Assembly: GCA_045659885.1 (NCBI GenBank)
Contig: JAZRCS010000062.1
Location: forward strand, 1 to 48,250
Reading direction: 5' to 3'
Origin: Christensenellaceae bacterium
GTDB taxonomy: Bacteria; Bacillota; Clostridia; Christensenellales; Borkfalkiaceae
DNA: 48,250 bases
This document shows positions 21,978 through 32,160 of this stretch, in pieces. Both the position numbers and the translations under genes were made by a program. How positions within the stretch are numbered: the first letter of the stretch is position 1; each line of letters starts with the position of its first letter. The notes under the pieces were generated by a model. It was not told the origin of the DNA and made no database searches. It was given only the letters and a program-made list of their open reading frames with translations.

Positions 21978-22009
21978 TGTTATTGAATAACAATATTTAT
22001 GGTGATTTA

Positions 22010-24574
22010 ATGAAAAACAAGGATAAAAAACAACAAAATATTGACGATAAAGTAGTTAACACTTCTATACAAAACCAAGAAACTGTTACAGACGTTAAAA
22101 GTGATATGCCTAAAAAATTAAAGGTAAAAAGGGTTAAAGTTAAACACAAAGACGCTATAAGGTTTAACCCTACCGACGAACAAGGTCTTTCAACAAGTCA
22201 AGTTGAAGAGCGTATTATCGACGGTCTTACTAACAAGGTTACGACTAAATATTCTAAAAGTCTTTTTTCAATAATTATGTCCAACCTTTGCACTTTTTTT
22301 AACTTTTTGTACCTTTTAGTTTTTATCGCGTACTCGGTTGCTAAATTAGAACCAAGTAGTTTCTTGTTCGTTTTAGTAGTTATTCCTAATACTTTATTTA
22401 GTATCATATTAGAAATAAACGCTAAATATTCGGTTGAAAAACTTTCAATTTTACAATCGCCTACTACTGTCGTTATACGTAACGGCGTTGAAGAAGAAGT
22501 TTCTTCCGACCAAGTAGTTTTAGACGATATTTTTAAAATTTCTACGGGTAATCAAATTCCCGTTGACGGTTTTATTCGCTCGGGTTTCGTTGAAATTAAC
22601 GAATCGCTTTTAACGGGCGAATCGGTTGCTGTTAAAAAGACGGTTGGCGACCCTATTATGGCTGGTAGTTTTATCACAAGTGGCTCTTGCGTGGCTATTG
22701 CCGATAAAGTTGGTGAAGAAAGTTACGTTCAAAAATTAACTGCTAAAGCGAAAAAATATAAAAAGCCACAAAGCGAACTTATGAAAACGATTATGTGGAT
22801 TGTTAAAATCGTTGGTATTTTAATAGTTCCTATGGCGTTTGGTATAGGCCTTGTAAACTACAATCAATTAATAGGTGCTGAAAATATTATTAAAGCAGTT
22901 GTTGAAAGTACTGGCCCAGTTATATTAGGTATGATACCTGCCGGCCTTATTTTACTTACTACTATTGCTTTTGCGCTTGGCGTTATAAGACTTGCTTGGA
23001 ATAAAACTTTAGTACAAGATATGTTCTCACTTGAAATGCTTGCGCGTGTTGACGTTTTATGTCTTGATAAGACGGGTACTATTACCGACGGTCGCATGAA
23101 AGTAGTTGAAACGATACGTCTTTGCGAACACCCTTACCCTTTAAACGATATTATCGGCTCAATGGAAAAGGTTTTAGAAGACACTAACCAAACTGCTACT
23201 GCTTTACGTGACGAGTTTATTACAGACAATATTTTACCTTCAATAAAAATTTTGCCGTTTTCGTCAAAAAGAAAATTAAGTGCAGTTACCTTTAAAGATA
23301 TAGGCACTTACGCTATCGGCGCACCAGAATTCGTTTTAAACGATATTCCTGAAAAAATTAAAACTCAAATTGACGAATATGCTTTAAAAGGTAATAGAGT
23401 ATTAATGCTTGCGCACTCTAATAGTCAAATTACTTCTAAAGACACTATACCTTTGACTATGAAACCTATTGCTTTAATTGTTATTACCGATAATATTAGA
23501 CCTGAAGCAATAGAAACTATCAAATGGTTTAAAGAAAACAAGGTTGAAGTTAAAGTTATTTCGGGCGATAACCCCGTTACCGTTTCGGAAATAGCGTCAA
23601 GGGCTGGCATCTCTAACGCGTCTAACTGGGTAAGTTTAGAAGGTTTAAGCGATAAAGAAGTTGAACTCGTTGCTAATAATTACACGGTATTTGGTAGAGT
23701 TACTCCCGACCAAAAAGCAATTTTAGTAAGAGCAATTAAACGCGCTGGACACACCGTTGCAATGACGGGCGACGGCGTAAACGATATTTTAGCAATGAAA
23801 GATAGTGACTGTGCTATTACCGTTGCAAGTGGCGCAGACGCTGCTAAAAACGTTGCGCATATCGTTTTAACCGACAACAACTTTAATTCTTTACCAAAAG
23901 TAGTTGCTCAAGGTAGACGTGTTGTTAATAATATTCAACAATCTGCATCACTATACGTTATGAAAAATATTTTCGTATGCTTGCTTGCAATAATTTCAAT
24001 AGCATCACTTACTCCGTTTCCGTTTAAAACGCCACATTTATCAATGCTTGAAATAGTCGTTTTAGGTTTTGCAACTACTTTACTTGCCGTTCAACCTAAC
24101 AACAAAGCAATTGAAGGTGACTTTTTACTTACCATTATAAGTAACGCTATACCTGGCGCGTTGATACTTTTATTTAACGTTTATATCGTTGAATTCCTTA
24201 ATATATTTGGAATTTTTGGTACAGATGGCGACCTTTTATTAAGAACTGTTCAAGTAGTTTCTTTCTCGTTTGCAAGCGTAGTTTACTTAATTAGAATTTG
24301 TAAACCGTTTAACGCTTGGCGTGCAATCGTAGTTACTGCCGTTATTGCTATAATGATTGTTTGGGCGTTCTTCTTACTTGATTTTAGATTCCCTGCCGAT
24401 GCTCCAAACAGTTTCTTTGAATTGCAAGCGCTTACATTAAAGAACGATACGTGGAAATATCCGTTAATAGTACTTTGCTTAACACAACTTAACTTCCCAC
24501 TTATAAACTTTATAATTAACTTAACTAATAAGATTACTAAAAACAAAAAAATTGATATAAACGATAAGGTTTAA
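22010..24574 (+). CDS. Cation-translocating P-type ATPase (P2-like/HAD-IC), specificity unknown
   Basis: About 854 aa from ATG 22010 (GGTGA SD). LTGESVAVKK, DKTGTITDGRM, MTGDGVNDILAMK, 10-TM-like layout. The TM4 motif is IPAGL rather than PEGL. The 14-codon track extension from 21968 is a translation of a palindrome. Confidence 0.85.
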   Translation: MKNKDKKQQNIDDKVVNTSIQNQETVTDVKSDMPKKLKVKRVKVKHKDAIRFNPTDEQGLSTSQVEERIIDGLTNKVTTKYSKSLFSIIMSNLCTFFNFLYLLVFIAYSVAKLEPSSFLFVLVVIPNTLFSIILEINAKYSVEKLSILQSPTTVVIRNGVEEEVSSDQVVLDDIFKISTGNQIPVDGFIRSGFVEINESLLTGESVAVKKTVGDPIMAGSFITSGSCVAIADKVGEESYVQKLTAKAKKYKKPQSELMKTIMWIVKIVGILIVPMAFGIGLVNYNQLIGAENIIKAVVESTGPVILGMIPAGLILLTTIAFALGVIRLAWNKTLVQDMFSLEMLARVDVLCLDKTGTITDGRMKVVETIRLCEHPYPLNDIIGSMEKVLEDTNQTATALRDEFITDNILPSIKILPFSSKRKLSAVTFKDIGTYAIGAPEFVLNDIPEKIKTQIDEYALKGNRVLMLAHSNSQITSKDTIPLTMKPIALIVITDNIRPEAIETIKWFKENKVEVKVISGDNPVTVSEIASRAGISNASNWVSLEGLSDKEVELVANNYTVFGRVTPDQKAILVRAIKRAGHTVAMTGDGVNDILAMKDSDCAITVASGADAAKNVAHIVLTDNNFNSLPKVVAQGRRVVNNIQQSASLYVMKNIFVCLLAIISIASLTPFPFKTPHLSMLEIVVLGFATTLLAVQPNNKAIEGDFLLTIISNAIPGALILLFNVYIVEFLNIFGIFGTDGDLLLRTVQVVSFSFASVVYLIRICKPFNAWRAIVVTAVIAIMIVWAFFLLDFRFPADAPNSFFELQALTLKNDTWKYPLIVLCLTQLNFPLINFIINLTNKITKNKKIDINDKV

Positions 24575-24581
24575 CAAAAAA

Positions 24582-24620
24582 AATTCCACCTTAACTAAAA
24601 TAGGTGGAATTTTAATTTTA
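24582..24620 (+). terminator. Intrinsic terminator of the P-type ATPase gene
   Basis: 10-bp stem AATTCCACCT (24582-24591) / AGGTGGAATT (24602-24611) with a T-rich tail. Confidence 0.68.
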
Positions 24621-24630
24621 CTAATATTAA

Positions 24631-24654
24631 AGAGATAACCGAACGGCTATCTCT
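24631..24654 (-). terminator. Intrinsic terminator of gyrA
   Basis: On minus: AGAGATAGCCG-TT-CGGTTATCTCT (one G.U pair), 7 nt after the gyrA stop. The tail TTAATATT is only moderately T-rich. Confidence 0.6.
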
Positions 24655-24661
24655 TTTTAAA

Positions 24662-27232
24662 TTATTCTTGTGTTGGCGCTTGGTCTACAACTTCTTGTCC
24701 TTCTTGAGTTTCGCCTTCTTGCTCAGTTTCTTCAATTTCTTCTTCGTGTGGAACGACTGCAACCGTTGCAACCTTACCACCTGCTAATCTCATAACAATT
24801 ACGCCTTGAGTATCTCTACCTAAAATCGAGATATCTTCCGTTTTAATTCTTATAATAATTCCATTGTCGGAAATAAGCAATATGTCTTGGTCGCTTGATG
24901 CAAAGCCTATATACGACGGTAAGCCCGTTTTTTCGTTATATACGCCAGATTTAACACCTTTACCTGCTCTACCTTGAAGTCTATAATCTTCAATACTACT
25001 ACGTTTGCCATAGCCGTTTTCGGTAATAGTAATTAAGTCTAATTCTTTATTTACGACTGCCATTGAAATAAGTTCGTCATCACTTGATAAATCCATAGCC
25101 TTAACGCCTTGAGTATCTCTACCTATAGGTTTTAAGCCGTACGTACCTTTTTCGTCGTCGTAACCTTCATAGAAACGAATACATTTACCTTTTTTAGTTG
25201 CGATAAATATTTCGTCTTCACCCGTTGTAAATTGTACTGAAACAAGTTCGTCGCCTTCGTTAAGACTTATAGCAATTTTACCCGTTTTTCTAATACTTTC
25301 AAATTCTTTAAGGTCAGTCTTTTTAATAAGTCCTTTACGAGTTGCCATAGCAATATAGCCTTCGGTAGTTTCTTTTAAAGGAATTATCGCGTTAACTTTT
25401 TCGCCTTCTGATATTTGAATAAGGTTAATTACTGCTCTTCCCCTTGCAGTTCTTTGCGCTTCTGGAATTTCGTAACCTTTAATCTTGTACACTTTACCAA
25501 AGTTAGTAAAGAATAATAAATCGTCGTGAGTTGAACTTACGAACATATTTTCAACAAAGTCTTCGTCTTTTGGTTTGTGTCCCGTTATGCCTTTACCTCC
25601 ACGACGTTGCGAATGATATTCTTTTACAGGTAAACGTTTTACGTAACCTAAGTGCGTCATTGAAATTACTACGTCTTCTTTTGGAATTAAAGCAGCGTCT
25701 TCAATATCGCCGTCGGCAATAGAAATTTCGCTCTTTCTTTCTTCGGCGTATTTTTCTTTAATTACAAGTAAGTCTTCTTTAATTATAGCGTCAATTCTGC
25801 TTGGAGTTGCTATTATATCTTTAAGGTCGGCAATTAAAGCCGTTAATTCGTCGTGTTCGGCTTGAAGTTTTGATACGGCAAGGTTTGTTAACGTTTGCAA
25901 TCTCATATCCAAAATTGCGCCTGCTTGTCTACCTTGAGCGTCTAAATCAAATTCACTTGTTAAACGCATTGACGCTTCGTTACGGTCTTTAGACGTTTTA
26001 ATTATTGAAATTACTTTATCAATATCTTGTAACGCTTTTAATAAGCCCGATACGATTAAGCATCTTTCTTCTGCTTTTTCTAAATCAAATTTTACACGTC
26101 TTAAAACAACTTCCCTTTGGTGTTCTAAGTAATATTCTAAAATTTCTTTTAAGTTAAGTACTTTAGGGTCTGTTCCAACGAGAGCAAGTAAAATTATACC
26201 ATCCGAACTTTGTAATTTAGTTTGCTTATACAACGAATTTAATACGACTTGCGCGTTAGCGTCTTTTTTAACGTCAATCACTATACGCATACCGTGTCTA
26301 TCCGACTCGTCGTTTACGTTTGCTATACCTTCTAAACGCTTATCTTTAACGTAATCGGCAATAGTTTCAATAAGTTTTTGCTTGTTTACTTGATAAGGAA
26401 TTTCGGTAACGATAATTCTACTACGTCCGTTAGCGAGTTCTTCAATTTCACATTTTGAACGTAAAACAAAGTTGCCCCTACCCGTTCTATAAGCGTTCCT
26501 TATACCACTTCTTCCCATAAGTATGCCGCCCGTTGGAAAGTCGGGAGCAGGAATAAAGTCAATAAGTTCGTCAATGGTAATTTCGGGATTATCAATAAGC
26601 GCAATAGCACCGTCGATTACTTCGCCTAAATTGTGTGGTGGTATGTTTGTTGCCATACCTACGGCAATACCGTCCGAACCATTTACTAAAAGGTTTGGAT
26701 ATCTTGCAGGTAAAACTACCGGCTCTTTTCTCGTATCGTCGAAGTTAGACTTCATATCAACGGTATTTTTATCGATATCACGGAGCATTTCGATAGCAAG
26801 TTTTGTCATCTTAGCCTCGGTGTACCTATACGCTGCAGGTGGGTCGCCGTCGACCGAACCAAAGTTACCGTGTCCGTCTACAAGTGGCAAGTTAATTGAA
26901 AAGTCTTGCGCTAATCTAACGAGAGCGTCGTATACCGAACTGTCGCCGTGTGGGTGATATTTACCAAGTACGTCACCGACGATTGCAGCACACTTTTTAA
27001 AGGCTTTATCGGGTGTTAAACCCATTTCGTTCATAGAGTAAAGAATTCTTCTATGAACGGGTTTTAAACCGTCCCTAACGTCGGGAATAGCCCTTGACCT
27101 ATTTACTGCCATAGCATAGTCGATAAAACTTTGGCGTAATTCTGCGTCAACTTCAATATTAACGAGTTTAGTCATTGACAAGGTCTTTTTAAACTCGGCC
27201 GTCAATTCTTCGCTTAATTTTTGTTTAGCCAT
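24662..27232 (-). CDS. gyrA: DNA gyrase subunit A
   Basis: DGLKPVHRRILY, catalytic Tyr context AAYRYTEAKM, GyrA-box QRRGGKG, acidic C-terminal tail. I place the start at ATG 27232 (GGGGGGAG SD); the track extension to 27292 overlaps gyrB. Confidence 0.95.
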   Translation of the reverse strand: MAKQKLSEELTAEFKKTLSMTKLVNIEVDAELRQSFIDYAMAVNRSRAIPDVRDGLKPVHRRILYSMNEMGLTPDKAFKKCAAIVGDVLGKYHPHGDSSVYDALVRLAQDFSINLPLVDGHGNFGSVDGDPPAAYRYTEAKMTKLAIEMLRDIDKNTVDMKSNFDDTRKEPVVLPARYPNLLVNGSDGIAVGMATNIPPHNLGEVIDGAIALIDNPEITIDELIDFIPAPDFPTGGILMGRSGIRNAYRTGRGNFVLRSKCEIEELANGRSRIIVTEIPYQVNKQKLIETIADYVKDKRLEGIANVNDESDRHGMRIVIDVKKDANAQVVLNSLYKQTKLQSSDGIILLALVGTDPKVLNLKEILEYYLEHQREVVLRRVKFDLEKAEERCLIVSGLLKALQDIDKVISIIKTSKDRNEASMRLTSEFDLDAQGRQAGAILDMRLQTLTNLAVSKLQAEHDELTALIADLKDIIATPSRIDAIIKEDLLVIKEKYAEERKSEISIADGDIEDAALIPKEDVVISMTHLGYVKRLPVKEYHSQRRGGKGITGHKPKDEDFVENMFVSSTHDDLLFFTNFGKVYKIKGYEIPEAQRTARGRAVINLIQISEGEKVNAIIPLKETTEGYIAMATRKGLIKKTDLKEFESIRKTGKIAISLNEGDELVSVQFTTGEDEIFIATKKGKCIRFYEGYDDEKGTYGLKPIGRDTQGVKAMDLSSDDELISMAVVNKELDLITITENGYGKRSSIEDYRLQGRAGKGVKSGVYNEKTGLPSYIGFASSDQDILLISDNGIIIRIKTEDISILGRDTQGVIVMRLAGGKVATVAVVPHEEEIEETEQEGETQEGQEVVDQAPTQE

Positions 27233-27248
27233 TTTTCTCCCCCCCTTA

Positions 27249-29235
<1,987 letters not shown>

Positions 29236-29305
29236 AGGATTTTTTATAAAAAATTAATAATATTTTATATTATTAATCGTTTAAAAAGGACATATCGTTT
29301 AAAGT

Positions 29306-29339
29306 AAAAAAAATCTGCGCCTTTTTTGCGCAGACTTTT
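29306..29339 (-). terminator. Intrinsic terminator after the HExxH membrane-protein gene
   Basis: TCTGCGC (29314-29320) / GCGCAGA (29328-29334). On minus it is followed by T8. Confidence 0.72.
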
Positions 29340-29346
29340 AACGTTT

Positions 29347-30405
29347 TTATTTAATTAAACTTTCTTTTAATTTACCAAATAAAGGCTTTTCGACGGCGAA
29401 TATTCCACTTTTTTGGTCACCTATTTGAGTTAACGCTTGTTCGATTATAATTTTAGCCCAGTCATTTTCATTAGTAAAAATTCGTAAGACGGCGTGCGCC
29501 CTTAAAGCGTATAAACTATTGTCGTATTCAACTATTCTTTCAATAATTTCTTGATTGTTTTTTAAGAAAATTTTATCATTTTTTAAATACGCTACGTAAT
29601 AAAGTTCGCAAAGTATAGCGTCAAAAAGAGTATCGCAAAGTTTTTCTTTATCACTTATTTTTAAAATTTCTTTAAATGCGTATTCTTCGTTTACCGATAT
29701 TAAAGAAAGGTAACGATAGTAAATTATCATTGTTGAATAAAGTGAATAATCTTCGTTATAAACGCCTAAATATTTATAGTCTATCTCGGTCGGCGAAACA
29801 CCGTTATAAAGTAAACTGCCTATATATAAAGCGTTTGAAGATATAATTTTATTATTGTTTTTTGAATTTAATAAATTTAATAATTGATAGCCGTCGCAAG
29901 TTTCGTCACCTATCAAATTAACTACTAAATAATATAGTGTAAATACCGACGGCGTTGCTATTAAACAAGTTAAGTATAAGTTTTTATCAAAATATAAAAC
30001 CATAAAAAGCAAACCTATTATAAGCAGTAAAGTAGAAGTTATTAAACCACCAAAAATAGATATCGCCACCTTATTAGCCACTTTATTATCGTTTTTAGGA
30101 ACAAATACCGTTTCGCCTAAATCGTTTACTTTTTCTAAAGATATTTTTACCTTGTTTTCAAAACTTAGTTTAAACCATAAAACTTTAAAAGAAATTAATT
30201 TCAACCCCGTTAATTTGCCAAAAATTAAATGTCCAAGTTCATGTAAAAAAGCGTTTAAAAAAAACGTTAAAAAAAGTCCTAAAACCAAATATAATACGGT
30301 TTCAAGTGCTTTACCATATAAAGTAAAAACTTTAAACGACAAAAAACAATATAATGCTGTCGTAAGCAAGAAAAATATTAAGTTTTTTAACTTTTTAATT
30401 TTCAT
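29347..30405 (-). CDS. Membrane zinc-metalloprotease-like protein (HExxH; M50/site-2-protease-like) with a C-terminal soluble helical domain
   Basis: 352 aa. HELGH lies within TM2, and a second motif NLIGDETCDG resembles the S2P NxxPxxxxDG motif. About 4 TM segments, then about 170 aa predicted soluble. AGGTGA SD. Confidence 0.55.
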   Translation of the reverse strand: MKIKKLKNLIFFLLTTALYCFLSFKVFTLYGKALETVLYLVLGLFLTFFLNAFLHELGHLIFGKLTGLKLISFKVLWFKLSFENKVKISLEKVNDLGETVFVPKNDNKVANKVAISIFGGLITSTLLLIIGLLFMVLYFDKNLYLTCLIATPSVFTLYYLVVNLIGDETCDGYQLLNLLNSKNNNKIISSNALYIGSLLYNGVSPTEIDYKYLGVYNEDYSLYSTMIIYYRYLSLISVNEEYAFKEILKISDKEKLCDTLFDAILCELYYVAYLKNDKIFLKNNQEIIERIVEYDNSLYALRAHAVLRIFTNENDWAKIIIEQALTQIGDQKSGIFAVEKPLFGKLKESLIK

Positions 30406-30412
30406 TTTTCAC

Positions 30413-31261
30413 CTAAATCGTTAAATAATAACCTTCTAAATTATCACTTTCACTAACGGTAACGCCACTTAAATTAGCATAGTTTAATATTGATAAAAAT
30501 ATAGACGCGCCACCACGGATAATTTCTGCTCTTGTTTTAGAAACGCAATATTCTTCACATATTTCACTATCGGTAAGCGTATATAAACGGTCAACTATTT
30601 TTTCCAACTCGTCAACACTTATATATAAGCCGTGAGTTTTAGTCATATCGTATTCTTTTAACCCTAAAACGACGCTTGCAAGAGCCGTTGCCGTGCCACC
30701 TATAATTTTATACTCTCCACTATAAATTTCGCCGTATTCTTTGATTTTTTGGCTCAAATAACCTTCAATTTTATATCTATCACGACCAAATTTATCAAAA
30801 ATACGTACTGCCCCTTCGTTTAGGCTGTGTTTGTAAATTATTTTACCGTCCTTAGCGTACACAACTTCGGTTGATGCGCCACCAACGTCGATTATACCAC
30901 CCGTAGCGTTAAGACCAAGCGCACCTATTAAACCTATTTCGGCTTCCCTTTCGCCAGATATCACGTCAACGTCAAGGTTGGTCGTTTTTTTAATTTTGTC
31001 GGTTAGTATTTTACCGTTTACAGCACTCCTTAAAGCCTCGGTTGCGAAAATATAAATATCGTCAATATCCCTTTCTAACGCCCTTTTATAAAGAATAAGA
31101 ACGGCGTTTGCCGTTCTTTCAATAGCACTTTCGGTTAACCCTTTTTCTGCCGTTAAACCTTGACCTAACCTTGTAGTGATTAACTCTTTATAAGGCGAAA
31201 GACCGTCTTTATACATTATGCGTACGGAATTACTACCTATATCTATTATTGCCTTTTTCAT
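30413..31261 (-). CDS. Ppx/GppA-family phosphatase (exopolyphosphatase-like, N-terminal ASKHA domains only)
   Basis: MKKAIIDIGSNSVRIM and GGASTE/GGTA actin-like ATPase motifs. I prefer ATG 31261, 1 nt after the divIC stop. The alternative TTG 31285 overlaps divIC. Confidence 0.8.
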   Translation of the reverse strand: MKKAIIDIGSNSVRIMYKDGLSPYKELITTRLGQGLTAEKGLTESAIERTANAVLILYKRALERDIDDIYIFATEALRSAVNGKILTDKIKKTTNLDVDVISGEREAEIGLIGALGLNATGGIIDVGGASTEVVYAKDGKIIYKHSLNEGAVRIFDKFGRDRYKIEGYLSQKIKEYGEIYSGEYKIIGGTATALASVVLGLKEYDMTKTHGLYISVDELEKIVDRLYTLTDSEICEEYCVSKTRAEIIRGGASIFLSILNYANLSGVTVSESDNLEGYYLTI

Positions 31262-31262
31262 A

Positions 31263-31526
31263 TTACTTTTCAGTAGGGTATTCAAGACCTAATTCCCTTG
31301 CCCTTTCTTCAATCTTCCATCTAAGCGACCACGAATCAATTTCGTCGTTAGTATTTTTTAACTGCTCTTCTAAATAGGCAATTTCGCTGTTTAGTTGATT
31401 TATTTTGTTGTATCTTTTTATGATGCCCACTAATTGATATATCGTTATCGTTATCATAATAACGAGTAACATTACTATTCCACTCGTTATCGCAGAGAGC
31501 ACCCTTTTTTTCTTTTCTTCTTGCAT
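31263..31526 (-). CDS. divIC: Septum formation initiator (DivIC/FtsB family)
   Basis: 87 aa. Basic N-terminus, one TM (ITSGIVMLLVIMITITIYQLVGII), then a coiled coil (LNSEIAYLEEQLKNTNDEI). Position is after yabP-yabQ, as in Bacillus. Confidence 0.75.
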   Translation of the reverse strand: MQEEKKKRVLSAITSGIVMLLVIMITITIYQLVGIIKRYNKINQLNSEIAYLEEQLKNTNDEIDSWSLRWKIEERARELGLEYPTEK

Positions 31527-31857
31527 TTTTAACCTTAATTAATAATTTATTAATTACATTATACACTTTTATATATATTTTTGCAATAATTTTATGAAAA
31601 CTTTTTATATATAAATACGCTCCTAAACCTACTAAAAGAGCCATATAAAATCTAAAATTACCTAAATTCGCCTTTACCGATACCATCGTAAACAAAAACG
31701 CAGTTATTATAAAATAAACTAAATCTTTAAAAAAATTAACAATTTTATTGTTAAAATACTCGGTAAAAAAATAAATAATATCGTAAATTACTCCCGACAA
31801 TATACCTATTGCTATACAAATTACTATAATTCTTGGTTGCGATAAAGTTAAAAACAT
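31348..31857 (-). CDS. yabQ: Spore cortex biosynthesis protein YabQ-like membrane protein
   Basis: 169 aa. Three or four TM segments in the first ~100 aa. TAATG overlap with yabP. The last ~60 codons overlap divIC in another frame (see findings). Confidence 0.6.
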   Translation of the reverse strand: MFLTLSQPRIIVICIAIGILSGVIYDIIYFFTEYFNNKIVNFFKDLVYFIITAFLFTMVSVKANLGNFRFYMALLVGLGAYLYIKSFHKIIAKIYIKVYNVINKLLIKVKNARRKEKKGALCDNEWNSNVTRYYDNDNDISISGHHKKIQQNKSTKQRNCLFRRAVKKY

Positions 31858-32114
31858 TATTTTAATACCTTTTTAAAGAAACTTTCTTCTTTCCCCTTAT
31901 ACGCTAAGTTTATTATTAAACCTTTCATTTTAAAGTTCCCACTTTGATTATCAAAACCTATTATTTTTAAATTTTCTCCCATAATTTTAATAACCGTATT
32001 ATTAAATAGTTTTATTTTTATTTCTTTTTCCGAAAAAGACAACACTTCTAATACCGAACTTATTAAAACTTCGTTTCTGTTTTCTATTATGATTTTATGA
32101 TTATTGTTTTCCAT
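31857..32114 (-). CDS. yabP: Sporulation protein YabP
   Basis: 85 aa. IIIENRNEVLISSVLEVLSFSEKEIKI...NLKIIGFDNQSGNFKMKGLI is typical of YabP. Confidence 0.8.
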   Translation of the reverse strand: MENNNHKIIIENRNEVLISSVLEVLSFSEKEIKIKLFNNTVIKIMGENLKIIGFDNQSGNFKMKGLIINLAYKGKEESFFKKVLK

Positions 32115-32120
32115 AAAAAA

Positions 32121-32143
32121 TCCCCCATATAAAATATGGGAGA
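32121..32143 (-). terminator. Terminator-like hairpin between the EIIC-like gene and yabP
   Basis: On minus: TCTCCCATAT-TTT-ATATGGGGGA (one mismatch), then T6, then the yabP ATG. The 3' arm contains the only SD-like sequence (GGGGGA) for yabP. Confidence 0.5.
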
Positions 32144-32160
32144 ATTTATTTTTTTATGAA

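Noticed and set aside
26523-26957. A long antisense ORF (144 aa) inside gyrA. Similar ones lie inside parC (10706-11068, 120 aa) and gyrB (27931-28362, 143 aa). The gyrA and parC antisense products even resemble each other (…PPVGKSG…APSITS…CGG…).
   Set aside because: They lie opposite the most conserved parts of paralogous sense genes, so their similarity is a mirror of sense-strand conservation. They have no SD and a low-complexity Ser/Ile/Pro composition. I treat them as shadow ORFs.
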